Shown: positions 59,941 to 64,000 of the stretch, piece after piece
Numbering within the stretch: position 1 is the first letter of the stretch
Layout: the number at the start of each line of letters is the position of its first letter
DNA from: Oikopleura dioica
Lineage: Eukaryota; Animalia; Chordata
Direction of reading: 5' to 3'
Length of the DNA stretch: 64,000 nucleotides
NCBI GenBank assembly: GCA_907165135.1
Contig: OU015570.1
Coordinates: 2,253,929 to 2,317,928 of the forward strand
The notes under the pieces: generated by a model
What the model was told of the DNA's origin: nothing
Databases searched by the model: none
What the model saw: only the letters and a program-made list of their open reading frames with translations
Translations under genes and position numbers: made by a program

Positions 59941-62476
59941 GAATTAACTTTGACAAAAGAGCGCCTTTTTCGTTACTCAAGATAGATTATAAGTAGGGGG
60001 TGAACGGTGAAATTTATATATTTTGGCTTAACAGCAGTCGCAATAAAATGTCTTCTTTATTAATTTCATTTTTTACAGGCTTATTTTCATCAACTCTATT
60101 TTAACCTTCCGGATGACCAAATCTTTTCGTCTTCCAGCTTTTGGTCTTTTACACGAGGGGTCCTCCAGGAGGTCATCCGGCACTTTGTGACTCAAAGTGG
60201 CCGAACGTGGGAACATTTTAACAATTAAGGCTCATTATTGATGTTTTCTTTATTTTGATTTTCAAGCAATTAATCTTCTTGTAAGGGGGTGATCCAGGAG
60301 GTCCTCCGGCAATAAATGGCAAAATATGGCAGTAAGTTTCTAATCAAGGCTTCATTTTTCATTTGTATTAAATTTTTAAATATTTGTCTTCAAGTAACCT
60401 GTCTACAAGCAAAAAGGGCCTCCGGGAGGTACTCCGGCAATGAATAGCCAAATATTGCAGTACCTTTCTAATCAAGGCTTCATTTTTCATTTTTATTTAA
60501 TTTTAAAGTGGCCCTTAACTGGCTGAGGAAGATCATTTATTCATTAATTTTAATCATGAAAAAATGGCGAAAAATGGCCAAAAAATGGTGTGTTTGGACC
60601 TTTCTCTTAAGCATAGCTCGAAATTTTCTTCTTATTTATGATCGGTTTTTCCTGATTCTCGTGTAAAAATGTCCGCTCTTTCATGCATTCGTGCCAGAAA
60701 TATGATAAGCGGGTGAGCCGAAGAAATGCGGAGCCAAAAACTAGAAAATGCACGATTTTCACGATTTTGACCCCGAAAATCGTCTTTCCCCAAAATTTTT
60801 TCCTTCTAAAAGGGGTTTTAGACTAATAAGACACTGTTTTTTCACCTCCACTGAAAAAATACCCCCGCACAGCTAGAAAAAATGACGATTTTTCTAATGC
60901 AAAGCCAAGCTATATCAGAATTACAGTCGTTTTTCATCTCAAGAGCGTTTTCTCAGATGACATGGGTAGACCAAAACGCTCTTAGGTTGGAAAATAAACG
61001 ATCAAACTAGGATGACAGTGGGAAAAAATGATGAATGAAAATACATAAAATGAGCTTTTTTTCAAAACTCTAAAATTCATATGTCGTCATTTTACCTATT
61101 TATTATAAAAAATTTACGATCTTTGAATCAGAGGCTATGATAATACCCTAAAAAGAAGCGTTGAAATCAACTTTTTTTAATGATTATTTTAGGTTGAAAG
61201 AAACGTTATTCTGATTATTTATTAAAAATTCCAAAAAACGCTCTAAAGCTGGGATTTTTGCAGATGACAAAATACGGAAAAAATTGGCAAAACGCTCTAA
61301 AATTGGGCGCTCTTATCATATAGCCCTTATCATATAGGCTCGCCGGGAAAAATGCGAAGTCCCGGCGAGTCGAGGAAATTCCGGCGAGTCGAGGGTTCCC
61401 GTTTTATTGTTACGGGGTCGGGCATATTTTGTGTTCACGGAATCCTGATGATTCGGAAGATAATTCACCATTCCGTTTTCATCTTTTCTGAATTCATATT
61501 TCCCGTCGTTTACGAGCGCATTTATGTATATTTTTAGTATATAGTTTTTTTTAGTATACAGGCCTGCATGAAAACTTCGTAATAAGTTATTACTAATAAC
61601 GATCTGGTTGAGCATTACCAATAATCTGGATTCCCATTTGAGCTTTAATCGGGGAGTGAGCTTTTTATGAGCCAATTTTCAGTTGTGCATTGAGTCGCCG
61701 AAATTGTGAGGAACCAATTATACAATTGACATCGATGTCGTGTGAGCAGGGCTTTAGACTTCAGACAGAGCGAGCAATCCAGTTATGAGTAAACGGTTGC
61801 TAGATATTGGGAACGCATATCTAGAATCACCACGTCGTGAATCTGACGATTTGTGAGCGAGATAGTCAAGCATCTATTTGTGAATAAGGTCGAGTTATGA
61901 GCCAACATCTAAGACCATTGATGGGATTAGTCGAGCAGCTAATCACAGGACAACATTATCGTCGTGAGCAGAGACGATCTTTCCAGATGTTGTCGTGAGC
62001 TGAGTCATCTTTATCACTTGGCTCTTTATGATCTATATGACTCCTTACCATCTTTTTATTCTTCTGAGCAGGAATGATCTCATCTCTATCAAAAAGGAGC
62101 GGTTGATCTGTATGAGAGTAAACTTTAGACTTAATCTAGACTTCGTCTTTCAGGACTTTCCCTTGTGATTCAGCTACCTCATCTTCCTCGATAAATTCTG
62201 TTTTGTTTAAGGCAGTCTTTCGTTTGAGCGACTGATATGACGCCGATATTCTTTTTCGTAAATGGACATTTGAGTTCGTGATTTATTTGCAGAAGCAAGT
62301 TGGCTTAACGTTTTCGGAAGAGAATTTTCATCATCAGAGCCTTGCCTTGAAATCACTTGAGCATCTTTTTAACGCATACAAACTAACTTTTTCTTGTGAA
62401 ACTGCAGAACTGATCAAAATCCGAAAACAACCCCTATCCCAACCAATATTCTAGAGATGTTCGAAAATTAGAATTC

Positions 62477-62737
62477 AAAAGTTAATTGAATCAGAGGCTC
62501 CAATACGCCTTTAATTTTGCCTCTGAATGGTATCACAATATATAAATCTTTCGATGCTTGCCGATTAAGATTAGGGTTATTTAGAGATATTTCTAATCCT
62601 TCGACTTGTTTTCTCTTGTCGTAGGATCAGTTTTTGTTCAATACAGTAAACATTGAACTGAGGTACTCAAACCGAGATCAAAAATTATTTTCCTCATCAT
62701 TAAAGGCGTATTGGAGCCTCTGATTCAATTTACTTTT
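62477..62737. mobile_element. MITE-like element with ~40-bp inverted ends
   Basis: AATTGAATCAGAGGCTCCAATACGCCTTTAAT inverted at both ends. Confidence 0.6.
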
Positions 62738-62739
62738 AA

Positions 62740-63482
62740 GGGTAGAACATGAAATCGGCGCGCGGCGCCTCGCTCGCCCAGCGCCCCGCCGTGCCCTACT
62801 TTTCAGAATGCCCTAAAATCAGAACGGATAAAGCTTTTTCAAAAATTTTTCGGATTTCAGATTATCAAAGCCTTTATTTTTCACAGATAAAAAATGAGCA
62901 GAATCGTCAAAGAATAAGTCGGAGAAAATGACATGAGTTGGTTAAACTCTATCTCCTCTCGCAATTCTTATCAGATTTTTCAAATTTAGATAGGTCGAAA
63001 GTGCTCCGTTAGACCTAAAATTTCGTAGTCTCAGAATTAATTTTGAAGCTTTATGGAATTTTATATGAGCTTTTGAAATGAGAGCTGCACCGTCGAGAGG
63101 CGCGCAGCGCGAGAGAAGAAGCGGCGCGGCGTGAGAGCACTTGTTTTGAGAAGCCGTGTGGAACTTTAGGGAGGTTCAAAATTAATTCTGAGACTACGAA
63201 ATTTTAGGTCTAACGGAGCACTTTCGATCTATCTAAATTTGTAAAAATATGATAAGAATTGCGAGAGGAGATAGAGTTTAACCAACTCATGTCATTTTCT
63301 CCGACTTATTCTTTGACGATTCTGCTCATTTTTGATCTGTGAAAAGTTAAGGCTTTGATAATCTTAAATCCGAAAAATTTTTGAAAAGCTTTATCCGTTC
63401 TGATTTTAGGGCATTCTGAAAAGTAGGGCACGGCGGGGCGCTGGGCGAGCGAGGCGCCGCGCGCCGATTTCATGTTCTACCC
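62740..63482. mobile_element. 743-bp palindromic TTAA element with GG termini (Kolobok-like)
   Basis: TTAA-GGGTAGAACATG...CATGTTCTACCC-TTAA; ~310-bp near-perfect arms around a ~125-bp spacer. Confidence 0.8.
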
Positions 63483-64000
63483 TTAAGGGATCGCCCCCGT
63501 TTTGGCCATTTTCAACTGGAAATTCAGCCGATTTGGGCTGATGAATTGGGGCGTATAATAGCTCTACGGATAGCCCAGGTGCTATCCGCTATTCTCTACT
63601 ACAGAGAAGTTTTTGCTCAAGGCAAACCTTCCACTAGGAGGCGTCAAAATTCGAAAATTTCGAAAAAAGGGTAACCGGTGAAAATAATTCGTTGGAACGA
63701 ATCATTCGTTAGAAAAACGAATAATTCGTTATATTACGAGCCAAAATCCTATAAAATCCCAATCTATATGCGCTCCGCGCCTGATTTGATAGAGAAACTC
63801 ATTTTTGAGGATGTTATCTTTCTACCTTACCGCGCAGACAGTCAGTAAAAAACATTTTTTATCCGAGGGTAACGAATTATTCGTTGCAACGAATTATTTT
63901 CACCGGCGACGCATTTAAAGCCATTTTTGACTCGAAATTCAGCAAATTTGGGCTTAGATAAACACGATCTGAAAAAGATTTAGATAGAATAACGCCTAAA

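Noticed and set aside
59428-59980. Minus-strand ORFs with repeated GPSRPEGEASP
   Set aside because: Translation of the 57-bp satellite

Overview
This is eukaryotic, AT-rich, gene-poor DNA made almost entirely of nested transposons. The 43-47 bp introns and TTAGGG-type motifs suggest a compact-genome animal such as a larvacean tunicate (Oikopleura-like), but that is an inference. Four LTR elements resolve. (B) A young Ty3/gypsy-like element at 49716-56962 has identical 394-bp LTRs and a TATA target-site duplication (TSD). Its Gag ends in a CCCH zinc finger, gag and pol are in frame across a UGA-CUA stop, pol carries one nonsense codon, and two extra 3' ORFs follow. It sits inside an intron-containing Mutator (MULE)-like transposase gene. 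(A) A 3' remnant of a divergent relative at ~2895-7754 shares the same non-env accessory ORF4. (E) A 2.6-kb gag+integrase-only element is nested in A's LTR and is itself hit by a TTAA MITE. (C) A 9.3-kb minus-strand element at 11909-21212 has identical LTRs, a GGAA TSD, a tRNA-Leu primer-binding site (PBS) and a polypurine tract (PPT), but no detectable pol. It carries an orphan ORF, a capsid-like ORF, a tandem RING-H2 gene and two tandem arrays, and it inserted in opposite orientation into an older copy of its own family. The rest is MITEs with TA, TTAA, 8-bp and 9-bp TSDs, satellites, decayed ORFs and a two-exon pescadillo (PES1) fragment. No intact host gene, rRNA or CRISPR array was found. 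All alignments, identities and boundaries were judged by eye.
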